Part shown: piece by piece, positions 61,036-64,000 of the stretch
Layout: the number at the start of each line of letters is the position of its first letter
Numbering within the stretch: position 1 is the stretch's first letter
Origin: Candidatus Cloacimonadales bacterium
GTDB lineage: Bacteria; Cloacimonadota; Cloacimonadia; Cloacimonadales; JAFGVF01
DNA length: 64,000 bases
Assembly: GCA_963677495.2 (NCBI GenBank)
Contig: CAXXOU010000004.1
Coordinates: 96,001 to 160,000 of the forward strand
Direction of reading: 5' to 3'
Notes under the pieces: generated by a model
Told to the model about the DNA's origin: nothing
The model's input: the letters and a program-made list of their open reading frames with translations, nothing else
Databases searched by the model: none
Position numbers and translations under genes: made by a program

Positions 61036-62639
61036 ATGACAAAATTTACAGACATGGCATTGCCCGAACAGCTAATCAAAGCTGTTACTGATTTAAATTT
61101 TATAACTCCGACAGAGATTCAACAAAAGGCAATACCATGGCTTTTAGAGAATTCGACAGACTTGATAGCATTATCACAGACAGGTACAGGTAAGACTGCT
61201 GCCTTTGGTTTACCATTATTAACAAAAGTGAATCCTAAAAGCAAAACCGTACAGGGCTTGATTTTATGCCCTACAAGAGAGCTTTGTCAGCAGATTACAA
61301 AGGATCTTGAAAACTATAGTAAGTATTCAAAGAGATAAAGATTTGTGCTGTTTATGGTGGTGCATCTATTGTACGCCAGAAAGAACAACTCAAAAAGGGT
61401 GTTCATATTGTAGTTGGAACTCCCGGTCGTGTATTTGATATGCTCAGACAAAGAGCTCTTAAACTCGGAGGACTTGAGCAGCTGATTCTTGATGAAGCTG
61501 ATGAGATGTTGAATATGGGTTTCAAAGAGGAACTTTTCAATATCATGGAGTTCACACCGGATGAGAAACAGTCAGTTCTTTTCTCAGCTACTATGCCTAG
61601 AGAAGTGGTTAGACTTGCGAATGAATTTATGCAGGAAGCTCATGAGATTAAGGCTAGTCCGCAACAAAAAGCTGCTTCGAATATTAAGCATTACTACTAT
61701 AAAGTGCATGCGAAAGATAAATATAAAGCTTTAAAGCGTATTGCTGATATCAATCCTAACATCTATGGAATCGTTTTCTGTAAAACCAGAAAAGAGACAC
61801 AGGAGATTGCGGATAAACTTCAACATGATGGATATAACGCTGATGCGATCCACGGTGATCTTTCTCAGATGCAACGTGAATATGTGATGGGCAAGTTCCA
61901 TAGTCGTCATATTCAATTGTTAGTTGCTACTGACGTGGCTGCCAGAGGTATCGATGTGGATGACCTTACTCATATCATTAACTACCATCCACCACAGGAT
62001 CCGGACATCTATATCCATAGATCAGGTAGAACCGGCAGAGCAGGAAAAAGTGGTGTATCTTTGACTATTATTCATAGTCGTGAGATGGGACAGCTCAAAC
62101 AGATGCAACGCAGACTCGGTAAAACGATTGAATGGATTCACGTTCCAACCGGTAAAGAAGTTTGTGAAAAGCAGTTGTTTGCACTTGTGGATAAAGTTCA
62201 GAATATTGAAGTGAATGAAGAGCAGATTGAACCGTTTATCGAAGCAGTATATAAGAAGCTTGGTTGGTTAGAAAGAGAAGAACTTATCAAGAGATTCATC
62301 TCTGTTGAGTTTAATCGCTTCTTAGCATATTACAAAGATGCTAAAGATATCGACTTTGATGTTACTCCTCGTTTTGAAAGAAACAGAGATGGAGTTGAAT
62401 TCCAGACATTCCAGCTCAATATCGGTACAGTTGATGGTCTTACAAAGAAGAATTTCTTAGGTTTTATAAACAGAATGAAGATAACCAACTCTATCGAAGT
62501 TGGACAGATAGATATTTATAATAAGAAGACGATAGTTGAACTTGATGCTAACTTTGAAGCAAAGATCTTGAAAGTACTCAATAAACGCCAGTTCAATAGA
62601 CGTCCAATTAGGGTGAAGGTACTCAAAGGGAGACGATGA
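61036..62639 (+). CDS. DEAD-box RNA helicase with DbpA-type C-terminal domain, with one frameshift near 61327-61335
   Basis: Q motif PTEIQ, QTGTGKT and PTREL in the first frame. CAVYGG, GTPGR, DEAD, SAT, ARGID and HRSGRTGR in the second frame. Confidence 0.93.
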
Positions 62640-64000
62640 ATAAACCCTACAAACCGGGTGGGATAGCTGAGATGCTCGCTATCGCATTGCCAATGATTAT
62701 ATCGATGGCGTGCGATGGTGTAATGGTTTTTACTGATAGATTGTTCTTAGCAAGTTTAAGCCCGGTACATATGAATGCTGCGATGGGTGGTGGTGTTATG
62801 ATTGCCACCTTTACGCTATTCTTTACAGGTCTAACAGGATATTCCACTGCTTTAGTTGCTCAGTATCTTGGAGCAGGTATTAAAGAAAAATCTGCTAATG
62901 TTACATTCCAAGCTGTAATCATAGCACTGCTTTCTTTTCCTATCTTTGTACTAGTAAGACCACTTGCAGGCGTCTTCTTCCAATTGATGAAGATACCTCC
63001 TGAGCAGATTGGACTTCAGAATCAGTATTTCAATATTCTGATTCTTGGTTCCGGCTTTAGTATCTTGCGAAACAGTTTTAGTTGTTTCTTTTCCGGTATT
63101 GGTAAGACCAAGTATGTGATGATTTCAGCGATTGGAGCAATGATAGTGAATGTGTTTGCCAACTATTGCCTAATCTTTGGTAAGTTTGGTTTCCCTGCAT
63201 TAGGTATCAAAGGTGCAGCAATCGGAACTATCATAGGTAGTATATTCGGTATGATTCTACTTATGTTTGCTTACTTCTCACGCAAGAATAGGGAAGAGTT
63301 TGGTATCATTCAAGCATTAAAGTTCGATTGGCAGATGATGAAGAAACTACTTTACTATGGAACTCCACAAGGGCTTGAGAGCTTCCTTAACCTTTTAGCC
63401 TTCTCAAGTATGATATACATATTTTATGCGCAAGGTAATGTTGTTGCAACAGCTACGACTATCATGTTCAACTGGGATTATGTATCTTTCATACCGTTAA
63501 TAGGTGTAGAGATCGGTGTTACAAGCTTAGTAGGCAGATACATGGGAGCAGGGCAACCTGATATTGCGCATAAAGCAACTATGTCCGGGATCAAGACAGG
63601 CTTCCTTTACTCGGCTATCTGTTTCCTACTCTTTAATCTGATTCCGGAACCATTAGTAAGAATGTTTAAGCCTAATGAGACAGTGGAGATCTTTGAACAA
63701 GCTGTCCCAATTGCAGTAATGATGTTGAGAATTGCAACATTATATATTTTAGCCGAATCAGTAATGATTAGCTTTGTTGGTGCTCTAAGAGGAGCCGGTG
63801 ATACCTATTGGGCTATGAGAGCTTCTGTGATATTGCACTGGCTATTTGTACCGATTATCTGGGTATCGTTTAATGTCTTTAACTTCTCAGCTATTACAGG
63901 TTGGATTGCATTGGTGTCATTTATACTAATATTCTGTCTTGTCTTTGCCTGGAGATATTATAAAGGTAAATGGCGAACAATGAAGGTAATAGAGACTCCG
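62636..64000 (+). CDS. MATE-family efflux transporter (3' end at or beyond the window edge)
   Basis: ATGA overlap with the helicase stop. The frame reads MNKPYKPGGIAEMLAIALPM...FTDRLF...NVFANYCLIFGKFGFPALGIKGAAIGT...LRGAGDT...YKGKWR. Missing from the ORF track because there is no stop in the window. Confidence 0.93.
   Translation, partial: MNKPYKPGGIAEMLAIALPMIISMACDGVMVFTDRLFLASLSPVHMNAAMGGGVMIATFTLFFTGLTGYSTALVAQYLGAGIKEKSANVTFQAVIIALLSFPIFVLVRPLAGVFFQLMKIPPEQIGLQNQYFNILILGSGFSILRNSFSCFFSGIGKTKYVMISAIGAMIVNVFANYCLIFGKFGFPALGIKGAAIGTIIGSIFGMILLMFAYFSRKNREEFGIIQALKFDWQMMKKLLYYGTPQGLESFLNLLAFSSMIYIFYAQGNVVATATTIMFNWDYVSFIPLIGVEIGVTSLVGRYMGAGQPDIAHKATMSGIKTGFLYSAICFLLFNLIPEPLVRMFKPNETVEIFEQAVPIAVMMLRIATLYILAESVMISFVGALRGAGDTYWAMRASVILHWLFVPIIWVSFNVFNFSAITGWIALVSFILIFCLVFAWRYYKGKWRTMKVIETP

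Overview
An AT-rich bacterial chromosomal segment. It is probably from an anaerobic FCB-group organism such as Ca. Cloacimonadota, inferred from five secreted proteins with a 'YPNPFNP...KKMILMK' FlgD-Ig/T9SS-type C-terminal domain, an [FeFe]-hydrogenase and PPDK. Housekeeping content: tilS-hpt-ftsH-guaB-xerD, ppdK, trmH-dusB, lon, sppA-rng-rplU-rpmA, four tRNAs (2 Ser, 2 Gln), uvrB, ddl, a DEAD-box helicase and a MATE transporter. ftsH and the helicase each carry one frameshift at an A-run, probably assembly errors. No prophage, transposase, CRISPR array or reverse transcriptase is visible. The most unusual signals are: (1) intergenic tracts in which a short motif, different at each locus, recurs every 11 bp (about one helical turn), usually folded into an inverted repeat, two of them centred on an inverted DnaA-box pair; (2) mosaic clusters of several REP/REPIN-like palindrome families with IHF-like sites and a covarying hairpin; (3) a tightly coupled operon ddl - exported protein - FecR-domain protein - outer-membrane beta-barrel - CHASE2 adenylate cyclase, a candidate trans-envelope cAMP signalling system; (4) a Ser/Thr kinase-TPR-GAF-sigma54 activator fusion lying inside a block bounded by 74-bp inverted repeats. 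All protein family calls come from motif recognition by eye, not database searches.
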